Source of the DNA: Thermodesulfovibrionales bacterium
GTDB lineage: Bacteria; Nitrospirota; Thermodesulfovibrionia; Thermodesulfovibrionales; SM23-35
Assembly: GCA_963715195.1 (NCBI GenBank)
Contig: CAVQRT010000003.1
Coordinates: 64,001-128,000 of the forward strand
Reading direction: 5' to 3'
DNA: 64,000 bases
Made by a program: the position numbers and the translations under genes. Under the pieces are notes generated by a model. It made no database searches. It had not been told where the DNA came from and worked only from the letters and a program-made list of their open reading frames with translations. Positions 1-10,246 of the stretch are shown here, in pieces; the first letter of the stretch is position 1; the number at the start of each line of letters is the position of its first letter.

Positions 1-1063
1 ATTCACGGTATTACTTTCTGAAATCAATACGATTCAAAATGCAGCACAGGTGGCGCACCGCATCCTTGATATCATCCGGCATCCGTTCACGATAGACAAT
101 CATGAAATATTTGTCACATCGAGCATCGGCATATCCGTCTATCCGCATGACGGCATCGAAGCCGAAAGCCTGCTGAAAAATGCCGATACCGCGATGTACT
201 ATGCCAAGGATCAGGGAAGGAACAATTTCCAGTTTTATGCGAAGCATATGAATACAACAGCCTGCGAGCGCTTTGAGATGGAGAACAAATTACGCAAAGC
301 CCTCGATAACCAAGAATTTCATCTGTATTACCAGCCGCAACTGGACATACGCAGCGGCAATGTTGTTGGGGTTGAGGCGCTCATACGCTGGATCGATGCA
401 CAGAACAATGTGATTCTCCCGGGCAGATTTATCTCGCTGGCGGAAGACACAGGCCTGATTGTTCCCATCGGGGAATGGATTCTGAACACTGCATGCAGAC
501 AAAACAGGGCTTGGCAAGATGCCGGCTTCGCACCCATGTATGTTTCCGTAAATATATCGAGTGTTCAATTCAGGCAACCATCGTTCATCAGAACCGTTGA
601 TGAGGTGCTGCAGGATACCGGATTGAACCCCCAGTATCTTGAATTGGAACTGACAGAGAGTATCCTCATGGAGACAACAGAATCTGCAATACAAACCCTG
701 AATGAGCTGAAATCCATGGGTGTACGGATTTCGATTGACGATTTCGGCACCGGATACTCATCCTTAAGTTACCTGAAGCGTTTCCCGATCGACACCCTCA
801 AGATCGACCGTTCTTTTGTGCGCGATGTGACTTCGGATCCCGACGATAAGGCAATAATCAATGCAATCATCGCTTTGGCCAGGAGTCTCAATCTCAAGGT
901 TATTGCCGAGGGCGTTGAGACGATACAGCAGCTTGTATGCCTGCATGAACAGGGGAGCGATGGGATGCAAGGGTACTTATTCAGTCCACCGCTGCCGAAA
1001 GACTCTCTGACACAACTACTGAAAGAAGGGAAAAATCTCAAAACCTGGTGGGTTCTCTCCTGA
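1..1063 (+). CDS. GGDEF-EAL c-di-GMP signalling protein (5' end outside the window)
   Basis: The frame is open from base 2 (FTVLLSEI..., the segment that follows GGDEF). It contains SSIGISVYP, NADTAMYYAK, EALIRW and DDFGTGYSSLSYLKRFPIDTLKIDRSFV, EGVET. Confidence 0.95.
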   Translation, partial: FTVLLSEINTIQNAAQVAHRILDIIRHPFTIDNHEIFVTSSIGISVYPHDGIEAESLLKNADTAMYYAKDQGRNNFQFYAKHMNTTACERFEMENKLRKALDNQEFHLYYQPQLDIRSGNVVGVEALIRWIDAQNNVILPGRFISLAEDTGLIVPIGEWILNTACRQNRAWQDAGFAPMYVSVNISSVQFRQPSFIRTVDEVLQDTGLNPQYLELELTESILMETTESAIQTLNELKSMGVRISIDDFGTGYSSLSYLKRFPIDTLKIDRSFVRDVTSDPDDKAIINAIIALARSLNLKVIAEGVETIQQLVCLHEQGSDGMQGYLFSPPLPKDSLTQLLKEGKNLKTWWVLS

Positions 1064-1081
1064 CCCTTCCTGTATGGACCG

Positions 1082-1516
1082 CTAAAGTCTGAGGAGAACC
1101 AGTCCGCTTTCCTGATCCACTTCCCGCTTTGCGTCAATCCCGTCTATCTCGAAAATGACTACTTCAAGAACAAGAAACGTTTCTGACGGGCCCCGAAGAC
1201 ATCCAACCTTGACGGCATCCCTTTTCCCGAAGGAACCGTGGAAATGGATCTTGGGTTCATTTTCGTGCCAGAATATGGTACCGACACCGATGACTTCCGT
1301 GCTCTCCTGAATAGCCCTCCAAACTGGCTTTGGCGGGAGAATCTCCTCCTCGGGACCGACCACGATTTTCCCCGCCTTTATTCCCCCTATCAGATTGAAC
1401 ACCGCACTGCGTATGTTCTCATTTCTTGCAATCACGGCAAGATTCTCCAGAATGTCCTCCCTGTCCTCAAATCTTGCAACAATAACCCTTCCCATCCGCC
1501 CTACCCGGTATTGCAT
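1082..1516 (-). CDS. PPC/DUF296 domain protein
   Basis: 144 aa with ARFEDREDI, IGG, GVGTI, HFH and a C-terminal SGLVLL, the typical PPC-domain pattern. Confidence 0.8.
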   Translation of the reverse strand: MQYRVGRMGRVIVARFEDREDILENLAVIARNENIRSAVFNLIGGIKAGKIVVGPEEEILPPKPVWRAIQESTEVIGVGTIFWHENEPKIHFHGSFGKRDAVKVGCLRGPSETFLVLEVVIFEIDGIDAKREVDQESGLVLLRL

Positions 1517-1749
1517 ATTCCCTCCTGAAGAGATTTTCGATGCTTTGTCACTTTGTTTTGTTCGAAGATATCATAAACATTTTCTGAATCACGTTCAAGG
1601 AAACAGGCCGGTCGATTCGCACCGGATGTTCCAGGTCGTGAATTCACCTGCACTTCAATGCTATTATATTCACACCTGTTGCTCTCAAGTGCAGCAGCAC
1701 TCTTGCATGCCTGACAGACCAGGCTGTATGAAATGAAAGGAACTCCCGT

Positions 1750-3543
1750 ATGAGACCTTCTGAATGGAATCTGAAACTTCTCTTTCGAGGCGACGACGAT
1801 CCCCGCATAGCAAAGACGCGAAAAATCGTTGAGCAGAAGAGCCGCGCATTCATCAACAAATGGAGGAACCGCACGGATTATCTCAGAAATCCTGCGGTAC
1901 TGAAGAAAGCCCTGGATGAATACCAGGAATGGAAACGATATTACGGCAGCGAAGGTGACGAAGGATACTATTTCTGGCTCAGAACATCTCAGAACCAGAA
2001 CGATCCTGTTCTGAGGGCAAAATTCAACCTCATTGAAGAGTTCAGCAAAAAGATCCAGAATGATATCCAGTTTTTTACGCTTCGGATTGCCAAGATTCCC
2101 GTCAGATTTCAGAAGAAGTTTATTCAACACCCAAGCCTGAGAAAATACTGGCATTACCTAGAGCGGCTTTTCGCTCAATCGAGATACCTTCTCAGTGAAC
2201 CGGAAGAAAAAATCATGAATCTCAAGTCGCCGGGTTCCTACGGAAACTGGGTAAGGATGACTTCAAGTTTCCTTGCAAAAGAAGAGAGACCGGTCATTCT
2301 GGAAAACGGACAGCGGTCACTGAAATCATTTTCAGAAATAGCGAGCCTTATGAATAGCAGGGAGAAGAGGGTGCGCAATACTGCAGCAAAGGCATTCAAT
2401 GAGATTCTGAATAAGCATGCTGATGTTGCCGAGGCAGAGATCAATGCTGTTCTTGCAAACAAGAAGGTAGATGATGAACTCCGCTGTTTTTCACGACCGG
2501 ATTCAGCCAGGCACATCAGTGATGACATGGACACAGAAGTGGTAGATACGCTGATCACGTCGGTGGCTGGCGGGTTTGACATCCCCTCACGGTTCTACAG
2601 CCTGAAGGCCCGTCTCCTGAGAGTCAGAACATTACAGTACCATGAGAGAAATGTAGAGTACGGGACGATCAGCAGCAAATACCCCTACCAGAATGCTCTC
2701 AACCTCATCAGAAAGGTTTGCGGCAATCTTGATCACACATTCGTGCATATCCTTGATGGTTTCATACGAAACGGTCAATTCGATATCTATCCGAGAAAGG
2801 GGAAAACAGGGGGAGCATTCTGCGCTCACAATCTGATTTCTCAGCCCACGTACATTCTCCTGAACCATACGAACAGACTGAATGACGTCCTGACATTGGC
2901 ACACGAACTCGGGCACGGGATCAATAATGAACTGATCAGGGAAAAGCAGCATTCCCTATATTTTGGCACGCCCGTGTCGACTGCTGAGGTTGCCAGCACC
3001 TTCATGGAGGATTTTGTCCTTCAGGAGATCATAAGGAAAGCAGACGATGAAATGCGCCTCGCGGTTATGATGATGAAACTGAATGATGAAGTATCCACCA
3101 TATTCAGGCAGATCGCATGCTACAGATTCGAGCAGGAACTGCACGAACGGTTCAGGAAGACAGGATACCTCTCGAAGGAAGATATCGGGCAACTCTTCCA
3201 GAAACACATGAAATCCTATATGGGCAATTCTGTGGAACAATCTCCCGGCTCGGAGAACTGGTGGGTATATTGGGGGCATATCAGGAGCTTTTTCTACGTT
3301 TATTCTTATGCGAGCGGTCTTCTGATCTCAAAATCACTTCAGAACTCGGTTAAGAAAGATCCCCGTTTCATCGGTAAAGTGAAGGAATTTTTATCAGCAG
3401 GACTATCGGATTCCCCGAAAAATATTTTTCGTGGGCTCGGGATTGACATCACTGATAAAAAATTCTGGGTCAGGGGGCTCGAAGAGGTCGAAACGCTCCT
3501 AAACGAAACAGCTCATCTGGCAACAAAGCTCGGAAAAATCTGA
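1750..3543 (+). CDS. pepF: M3B oligoendopeptidase F
   Basis: 597 aa. N-terminal WNLKLLF, KGKTGGAFC, HELGH zinc motif, AEVASTFME, FYVYSYA. Confidence 0.93.
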   Translation: MRPSEWNLKLLFRGDDDPRIAKTRKIVEQKSRAFINKWRNRTDYLRNPAVLKKALDEYQEWKRYYGSEGDEGYYFWLRTSQNQNDPVLRAKFNLIEEFSKKIQNDIQFFTLRIAKIPVRFQKKFIQHPSLRKYWHYLERLFAQSRYLLSEPEEKIMNLKSPGSYGNWVRMTSSFLAKEERPVILENGQRSLKSFSEIASLMNSREKRVRNTAAKAFNEILNKHADVAEAEINAVLANKKVDDELRCFSRPDSARHISDDMDTEVVDTLITSVAGGFDIPSRFYSLKARLLRVRTLQYHERNVEYGTISSKYPYQNALNLIRKVCGNLDHTFVHILDGFIRNGQFDIYPRKGKTGGAFCAHNLISQPTYILLNHTNRLNDVLTLAHELGHGINNELIREKQHSLYFGTPVSTAEVASTFMEDFVLQEIIRKADDEMRLAVMMMKLNDEVSTIFRQIACYRFEQELHERFRKTGYLSKEDIGQLFQKHMKSYMGNSVEQSPGSENWWVYWGHIRSFFYVYSYASGLLISKSLQNSVKKDPRFIGKVKEFLSAGLSDSPKNIFRGLGIDITDKKFWVRGLEEVETLLNETAHLATKLGKI

Positions 3544-3600
3544 TAGGATAAAGATACCTATATCCATAAACTGGATGGCAGATATTGCGAAGAACAGAGA

Positions 3601-4797
3601 ATGAACATAGCATACATTGACTGTTTTTCAGGCATCAGCGGTGACATGTGCCTCGGTGCCATCATTGATGCCGGCCTGCCCTTACGGACACTGGAAAAGG
3701 AACTGAAGAAAATTCCGGTAGCAGGATACCGCCTGAGGGCAAACAGGGTGCAACGCGGACACCTCATGGCGTTGAAAGTGGATGTTGTACTTAAACCGGG
3801 ACTCGGGGTCCAGGTTGCAAGAAAGTGGAAAGACGTCCGGAAGATCATTCAGGAGTCCACACTTCCTCAGGTTATCAAGAAAAAAGGTCTGTCTGTTTTC
3901 AGAACACTCTTTGAAGCTGAGGCGAAAGTCCATGGCGGAAGTCTTCAGACGGCTCACCTCCATGAGCTCGGTGCCGTCGATTGTATAGTAGATGTTTTTG
4001 GAACGATTATCGGATTGCATCTGCTCGGCGTGGAGAAAATATATTCATCTCCGGTAAATCTCGGAAGCGGTTTTGTAAGGACAAAGCACGGTATCCTTCC
4101 CATACCCGCACCGGCAACAGCGGAAATACTCAAGGATATACCGGTATATTCTCACCACGTCCGGGCCGAACTGACAACACCTACTGGTGCAGCGATCATC
4201 AAAGAACTGTCCTCCGGCCACGGCGGCATCCCGACGATGAACATCGAAAAGATCGGGATTGGAGCAGGCAGCCGTGACTTCAGAGACTGGCCGAATGTCC
4301 TGCGTATCTTTACAGGCGCTGCCCATTCACTTCTGCTGGCGGGCTACAGGACGGCTGTTCCGGAAGAAATGATAACCGTCATTGAGACAAATATCGATGA
4401 CATGAACCCTCAGGTATTCGAGCATATTATGGATATGCTCTTTCAAGCCGGTTCCCTTGATGCCTACCTCACACAAGTGATTATGAAAAAAGGGAGACCG
4501 GCAGTTAAACTGACTGTCCTCTGCGATACAAAGCGCCGGGAACCGATTGCGAAGATCATCCTCGGGGAAACCAGTTCTATCGGACTGAGATACTATGAGG
4601 CCGGAAGGTGCGTCATGCAGCGGGAGATTAAAACCATACATACAAAACTTGGGAAGATCCGGTATAAGTTTGCAAAGCTGGGGAATGAAATCATGAAATC
4701 TTCCCCTGAATATGAGGACTGCCGGAAAATTGCTCGGCGACTCAACATCCCGCTCATTGAAGTCATGAAGAAGATACAGCAAACAGAAAGTCCGTGA
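3601..4797 (+). CDS. larC: Nickel-pincer cofactor biosynthesis protein LarC
   Basis: DCFSGISGDMCLGA, AEAKVHG, HLHELGAVD, ELTTPTGAA, ETNIDD, MKKGRP, PEYED. Confidence 0.93.
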   Translation: MNIAYIDCFSGISGDMCLGAIIDAGLPLRTLEKELKKIPVAGYRLRANRVQRGHLMALKVDVVLKPGLGVQVARKWKDVRKIIQESTLPQVIKKKGLSVFRTLFEAEAKVHGGSLQTAHLHELGAVDCIVDVFGTIIGLHLLGVEKIYSSPVNLGSGFVRTKHGILPIPAPATAEILKDIPVYSHHVRAELTTPTGAAIIKELSSGHGGIPTMNIEKIGIGAGSRDFRDWPNVLRIFTGAAHSLLLAGYRTAVPEEMITVIETNIDDMNPQVFEHIMDMLFQAGSLDAYLTQVIMKKGRPAVKLTVLCDTKRREPIAKIILGETSSIGLRYYEAGRCVMQREIKTIHTKLGKIRYKFAKLGNEIMKSSPEYEDCRKIARRLNIPLIEVMKKIQQTESP

Positions 4798-4853
4798 CCC
4801 GAATATAACAGGCCACGGACTTCGGGATCTGCCAGGGTGCCTTGCCGCGGAAA

Positions 4854-5012
4854 CTACTTATGGGTTTTAAGACCCATATCCCATTTCTTATTTTCTTCCA
4901 TTAACTCTTTCAGCTCGTCATACATCTTGGTAATTCCTATTTTACAGGAGACACAAATGCCGTCTTTCTGATACGTATTATTGTTGCACTGCGCACATTT
5001 CCTGACTTTCAT
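4854..5012 (-). CDS. Small (52 aa) CxxC...CxxC zinc-ribbon-like protein, not in the ORF track
   Basis: Hand translation gives MKVRKCAQCNNNTYQKDGICVSCKIGITKMYDELKELMEENKKWDMGLKTHK*. An SD-like AAGGTGGTG lies upstream, and the ORF follows the degQ pair on the same strand. Confidence 0.65.
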   Translation of the reverse strand: MKVRKCAQCNNNTYQKDGICVSCKIGITKMYDELKELMEENKKWDMGLKTHK

Positions 5013-5072
5013 GTTTTCGATCACCACCTTTTATCGTATTACGTGTCTTTTTCATCTCTCTGTCTATGCACA

Positions 5073-6539
5073 TTATTTTGCTGATAATGTCACATACATG
5101 GTCGAACCTTTCCTGAATATGAGGAGGAGGATATTCTCGTCCTGACGTATTCCGGAAACAACTTCCTCGTAATCCGTTACGCTGTTTATCCTTTTTCTGT
5201 TGATTTCCATAATGATGTCGTTCTTCAGTAACGCGCCCTCAGCCGGACTCTCATCATCTATGTCAGTAATAACAACGCCTGTTACACGCTTTGGGATATT
5301 GAGGGTTTCCTTCAACTGAGGCGTCAGGCTCTGGACAGAGACGCCCCTGAATTGAGTATCAATTAATTGGGACTGTGCATGAATTTCAGAGGGCATCTCG
5401 GCAATCTTCACCTTAAGAGTCTTTATCTCCCCATCTCTGATGAGCCTAACTGACACTTCATTGTAAGGAGCTACTTCAGCCACCACATTCCTTAGCTGTC
5501 TCACATCCTTTACCTGCACACCTTTGAATTCAGTAATGACATCTCCTCTCTGAATTCCTGCTTTTTCTGCAGGGCTGTCTTCGACAACATCACCGACGAG
5601 CACACCGTTATCATCGCTTAGGTTAAACTGCTTAACGAGATCGGCGGTCAGTGGCTGAATCGAGACGCCGAGCCATCCTCTGATAACCTTGCCACTTTTG
5701 ATAAGGCTTTCCATAACGTTCTTTGCCATATTGCTCGGTATAGCAAATCCGATTCCCTGGTAACCACCTGATGTGCTGAATATTGCCGTATTAATTCCGA
5801 TGAGCTCACCCCTGATATTCACCAGGGCACCGCCTGAATTCCCAGGATTAATAGCAGCATCAGTCTGAATAAAATCTTCGTAGTCTGCAATACCTACATT
5901 CGCCCTTCCCGTTGCGCTCACGATACCAGTAGTAACTGTCTGTGTCAATCCAAAAGGATTGCCTATTGCAAGAACGGTTTCCCCGGCTTTCAGGTTATCG
6001 GAATCACCAAGCTGAACGACCGGTAAATTGTCCGAGTCAATCTTAATTATGGCAAGATCGGTTTTCTGGTCCGTTCCTATGACCTTGCCTTTGAATTCCC
6101 TTCTATCGGAAAGCGTCACGGTAATTTCATCAGCACCCTTAATGACATGGTTGTTGGTAAGGATATATCCGTTCTTATCTACGATAACCCCTGAACCGAG
6201 CCCTGACCTCTTATGTTCCCTCGGCCTTTCAAAACTTCTAAATTCATCTCCGAAGAATCTCTTGAAAAATGGGTCTTGAAAAAATGGTGCTTGTCGCTCA
6301 GCCGTTTTGACGGTCTTAACTGACGATATATTGACTACAGACGGCTTCACGGCAGCAACAACTTCTGCCAATGCCTGATTCGTTTTTGAAAGAACGTCCA
6401 AGGCTTCTCTCGAAATCTTTACATCGTCTGCATAACTCTCCTGATGGAACGAAAGCGTCGAAGAAATGGTAAGCCCGGCAATAAGTCCGACTGTAATGAG
6501 AATTGCAGCATAAGACAGAATTCTTCCTGAGAATATCAT
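5073..6539 (-). CDS. degQ: HtrA/DegQ (Do family) serine protease with two PDZ domains
   Basis: N-terminal anchor, GSGVI, TNNHVI, TDLA, QTDAAINPGNSGG, two PDZ domains. Confidence 0.95.
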   Translation of the reverse strand: MIFSGRILSYAAILITVGLIAGLTISSTLSFHQESYADDVKISREALDVLSKTNQALAEVVAAVKPSVVNISSVKTVKTAERQAPFFQDPFFKRFFGDEFRSFERPREHKRSGLGSGVIVDKNGYILTNNHVIKGADEITVTLSDRREFKGKVIGTDQKTDLAIIKIDSDNLPVVQLGDSDNLKAGETVLAIGNPFGLTQTVTTGIVSATGRANVGIADYEDFIQTDAAINPGNSGGALVNIRGELIGINTAIFSTSGGYQGIGFAIPSNMAKNVMESLIKSGKVIRGWLGVSIQPLTADLVKQFNLSDDNGVLVGDVVEDSPAEKAGIQRGDVITEFKGVQVKDVRQLRNVVAEVAPYNEVSVRLIRDGEIKTLKVKIAEMPSEIHAQSQLIDTQFRGVSVQSLTPQLKETLNIPKRVTGVVITDIDDESPAEGALLKNDIIMEINRKRINSVTDYEEVVSGIRQDENILLLIFRKGSTMYVTLSAK

Positions 6540-6678
6540 ACGTTTCTTTGTATACCTCCTTGTGATTTTTCTGTTATAAGCCTACAGGAATTTTATGAAG
6601 AAATTTCGAAGACACTGTGAAAATATTATGAAGATGCTTGAAAAGCAGGAAAAAACTACAAGCCGCAGCAAAAAATGC

Positions 6679-8139
6679 TTATTGATTCGAGAGCGTGATG
6701 AACAGGGAAGAACCGCCCCTGAATATAAGGAGCAAAATATCCGTATCCGCTTTTATCAGGGAAACAACCTGTTCATAGTCACTCATGCCGGTAATCTTCT
6801 TTCGGTTAATTTCCTGAATGACATCCCCTTTCATGAGGAGCATCGAAGCAGGGCTCTCTTCATCGACATGCGACACGATAACACCCGTTAACTTCTTCGG
6901 AAGATTCAGTCTGCCGGATAATTCAGGCGTAAGTTCCTCAACGGATACCCCGGCAAGCAGGTTATCATAGGCTCCTTTCGATGGTTTCAGCATATCGGCA
7001 GGCAGATCGAGGATGGTAACTTTCAGCGCATGTTTCCTGTTCTCTCTGATAATCTTCATATCGACAGTCTGTCCCGGGGCGGTATTGGCAATCAGATTTC
7101 TCAGCTGATTCGGTTCCTCAATCTTCCTGCCTGCACATTCGATTATGATGTCACCCCGCCGGAGTCCGGCTTGTTCCGCTGGGCCTCCTTCAACGACATC
7201 TCCGACAAGGACTCCCTTCTCGTCTAGCAAATTGAATTGTTTCGCGAGTTCAGGAGTCAGGTTCTGCACCGTAACTCCCAGCCACCCCCGAATGACCTTG
7301 CCTGTGCTGATAAGACTGTGCATGACAGATTTCGCCATGCTAGTTGGAATGGCAAATCCTATACCCTGATAGCCGCCGCTTGTGCTGAAGATAGCAGTGT
7401 TGATACCGATAAGTTCTCCCCGGACATTCACCAATGCTCCGCCCGAGTTTCCTGGATTGATTGCTGCATCAGTCTGGATGAAGTCCTCATAATCGGCTAT
7501 TCCAACATTTGCCCTTCCGACGGCACTGACGATGCCCATAGTTACGGTCTGACTTAACCCATAGGGAGTCCCGATTGCAAGCACAGTCTCTCCGACCCGC
7601 AAGCGGTCAGAATCGCCCCAGGTTATCGTCGGAAGGTTGTCGGCTTCTATTTTGATGATCCCGATATCCGTCATTGGGTCTGTGCCGACAATCTTTCCCT
7701 TTAACTCCCGTTTATCCGACAGGGTGACCTTAATTTCATCAGCACCCTGAATAACATGGTTCGCTGTCATGATATAGCCCTTCGGATCAACAATAACACC
7801 GGACCCGAGGCTTGCCGTCCTCCGTTCTCTTGGAACCCTGGACTGGTCCCCAAAAAACCTCCTGAAAAAAGGGTCATCAAAAAAAGGGGTCATTCCTCCC
7901 TGCATCCTTACGATTCTCATTGTCGAGATATTCACAACTGCAGGTCTCACCGCTTCAACAATCTCTGCCGTTGCCTGTCCGATCTTCGACAGGACATCAG
8001 AGGAGTGAGGGGAAATCTTCGCATCGCCGGCGTATGCCTCAGTGAAGCTTGCGCTAATGATAACAATACTGATCACAGCGGCGAGCAATGCATGTATACT
8101 ATGAAAAATGGGGAATGAAACGCTTTTTTCTGAATTCAT
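6679..8139 (-). CDS. degQ: HtrA/DegQ serine protease, second tandem paralog
   Basis: TANHVI, TDIG, QTDAAINPGNSGG, two PDZ domains. The protease core is very similar to the neighbouring copy. Confidence 0.95.
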   Translation of the reverse strand: MNSEKSVSFPIFHSIHALLAAVISIVIISASFTEAYAGDAKISPHSSDVLSKIGQATAEIVEAVRPAVVNISTMRIVRMQGGMTPFFDDPFFRRFFGDQSRVPRERRTASLGSGVIVDPKGYIMTANHVIQGADEIKVTLSDKRELKGKIVGTDPMTDIGIIKIEADNLPTITWGDSDRLRVGETVLAIGTPYGLSQTVTMGIVSAVGRANVGIADYEDFIQTDAAINPGNSGGALVNVRGELIGINTAIFSTSGGYQGIGFAIPTSMAKSVMHSLISTGKVIRGWLGVTVQNLTPELAKQFNLLDEKGVLVGDVVEGGPAEQAGLRRGDIIIECAGRKIEEPNQLRNLIANTAPGQTVDMKIIRENRKHALKVTILDLPADMLKPSKGAYDNLLAGVSVEELTPELSGRLNLPKKLTGVIVSHVDEESPASMLLMKGDVIQEINRKKITGMSDYEQVVSLIKADTDILLLIFRGGSSLFITLSNQ

Positions 8140-8273
8140 CGTGCCTCCTGCACTGTAACAAGAATAGCACTAATATAACATGTATTATTCATGAAACGCG
8201 CACATGGTCCCACAGTGAGAACGTTAAGCCGAATATGCTCTGTATGACCAGAGTGCCGTAGAGGAGCGATACC

Positions 8274-9353
8274 ATGAAAGTTGCGATCATCGGACTGGCA
8301 AATGCAGGCAAGACAACAGTTTTCAATGCGCTGACCGGTCAGCACGTTGAGACCACGATCTACCCAACAACGTCGGGAGATCCGCATGTGGGAACTGTGA
8401 AAGTCCCTGATTCAAGGCTTGACAGTCTCTCTGCGGTCTTCAAACCAAAAAAGACCACACACGCAACAATAGAATATATTGACTTCATCGGACTGACCAA
8501 AGGCGACATCAAACAGAACAGGAAGGTTTTTGATCTCATCAAGGATGCAGACGCCATTGTACAGGTTGTCAGGTTATTTGACAATGATGCAGTCATTCAT
8601 CCGCTGGGAACCGTCAATGCCTCCCGTGACATTGAAACGGTTGAGCTTGAACTAATTTTTGGAGACCTTGAATTCATCGAAAAGCGTCTCGAGAGAATGG
8701 AGGAGGGGGTTAAGCGGGGGAAGAAACCCGATGAATCAGAGAAAAAATTCCTCTTGAAATGCAGGGACACCCTTATGAAAGAATTTCCTCTGAGAAATCT
8801 TGATTTCACCGGGGAAGATTTGCAGGTTATGAGACCTCTGCAATTCCTGTCAACTATTCCTGAAATCGTCGTCCTGAATCATGGTGAGCAGGATATCGGG
8901 AGTGGAACCGAAAAATTCCTGTTCAAAGAACTCTCAGCCAGATATCGTGAAACACCCTTCCTGCCGCTATGCGGAAAGATCGAGATGGAAATTGCCCAAC
9001 TCTCACTTGCGGACCGGAAGATGTTTCTTGATGACATGGGACTGAATGAACCCGCAGCGCATAAACTGATTCAGGCATGCTTCGATCTCCTCGGACTCAT
9101 GTCTTTTTTCACCTATGCCGGGGATGAAGTGCGGGCATGGACGATCAAAAGAGGCACGCCTGCACAGAAAGCAGCAGGCAAAGTTCACTCGGATATCGAA
9201 AGGGGATTTATCCGGGCAGAGGTCATCTCATTTGATGACTTCATCTCAGCAGGGGATATCCACAACGCCCGGGGAAAAGGGCTTGCGCGACTGGAGGGCA
9301 AGACGTACGAAGTAAAAGACGGTGATGTCATAAACTTCCGGTTCAATGTATAG
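8274..9353 (+). CDS. ychF: Obg-family ATPase YchF
   Basis: GLANAGKTT P-loop, VKVPDSRL, AAGKVHSDIERGFIRAEVI, and the RLEGKTYEVKDGDVINFRFNV C-terminus. Confidence 0.95.
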   Translation: MKVAIIGLANAGKTTVFNALTGQHVETTIYPTTSGDPHVGTVKVPDSRLDSLSAVFKPKKTTHATIEYIDFIGLTKGDIKQNRKVFDLIKDADAIVQVVRLFDNDAVIHPLGTVNASRDIETVELELIFGDLEFIEKRLERMEEGVKRGKKPDESEKKFLLKCRDTLMKEFPLRNLDFTGEDLQVMRPLQFLSTIPEIVVLNHGEQDIGSGTEKFLFKELSARYRETPFLPLCGKIEMEIAQLSLADRKMFLDDMGLNEPAAHKLIQACFDLLGLMSFFTYAGDEVRAWTIKRGTPAQKAAGKVHSDIERGFIRAEVISFDDFISAGDIHNARGKGLARLEGKTYEVKDGDVINFRFNV

Positions 9354-9645
9354 GCTCACCCACTTGCAATAATATTCATTAAGTCATATCCATTGAATAG
9401 CAACAAATATAGTCGATACTTTCTTGATAAGCGGTGGAGTCACATATAGAAGAAATGCGCGCTACTAGTCGATAACACTTTTTGTGCCAGTCATTTCTAT
9501 TTTTCCATCTTAAACTTTACGATCTTAATCCTAAGATTGTTATACCCCAATAAAATTTAAATGTAATTATGATCATATTAATTAATGTTGAATTTTAATA
9601 TTGTTTGGTATAAGGCTTTGTTTTAATTAAATTCTTTTTAAATGC

Positions 9646-9659
9646 CCTACTTGGGTAGG
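9646..9659 (+). promoter_or_regulatory. CCTAC-N4-GTAGG palindrome, copy a (candidate transcription-factor site)
   Basis: CCTACTTGGGTAGG is identical to copy d read on the minus strand. It lies upstream of the inhibitor-protease operon. Confidence 0.55.
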
Positions 9660-9770
9660 GTTTACTTACTGATTTTTTTACAGAAACTATTTTCAAGATA
9701 CATATGAATACATCTTTTAGTGTTTCTTCGAACTTATTCCAAACTATTTTTTCTGAGTGGCAGGAAGAAA

Positions 9771-10232
9771 ATGCAAATCGGAAATGAAAAATGCTCTTCA
9801 ATATCTGCACAAACTGGGTTACAACGAGTTTTCCTCTTTTTTCTTCTGAGTATTGCAATCATCTTTCCATATAGAGGGTTCTGTAATGGAGGAGTAATGA
9901 CAGGCGATGAGATCAGAATTGTTAATGAAAAGGATAATGGGAAAGAAGTCGAAGCCAAAGTCGGAGATGTGATACGGATTGAACTTGAATCATTGGGTAG
10001 TGCCGGATACAAATGGTTTATAGACAATGTAGACGCCAAGTATTTAGAGCTCATATCAGAAAAAACAGAGGCAACTGGAGATAAAGACAAAATAGGATCT
10101 CCTGTTATATCGATATGGCGTTTTAGATTACTTCAAAATGGCTTAACTGAGATCAAGATGTCTCATTATCGTGTGTGGGAAGGAAAGGAAAAGGCATCAG
10201 ATAGTTTTCATATAAAACTAAACATCCATTAA
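9771..10232 (+). CDS. Secreted chagasin-like cysteine-protease inhibitor (I42 family)
   Basis: Hydrophobic signal region, then EKDNGKEVEAKVGDVIRIEL, GSAGYKW (cf. NPTTGYxW) and YHRVWE (cf. YxRPWE). The start is uncertain (9720, 9771 or 9897). Confidence 0.78.
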   Translation: MQIGNEKCSSISAQTGLQRVFLFFLLSIAIIFPYRGFCNGGVMTGDEIRIVNEKDNGKEVEAKVGDVIRIELESLGSAGYKWFIDNVDAKYLELISEKTEATGDKDKIGSPVISIWRFRLLQNGLTEIKMSHYRVWEGKEKASDSFHIKLNIH

Positions 10233-10246
10233 AAAAGGAGGAGATT

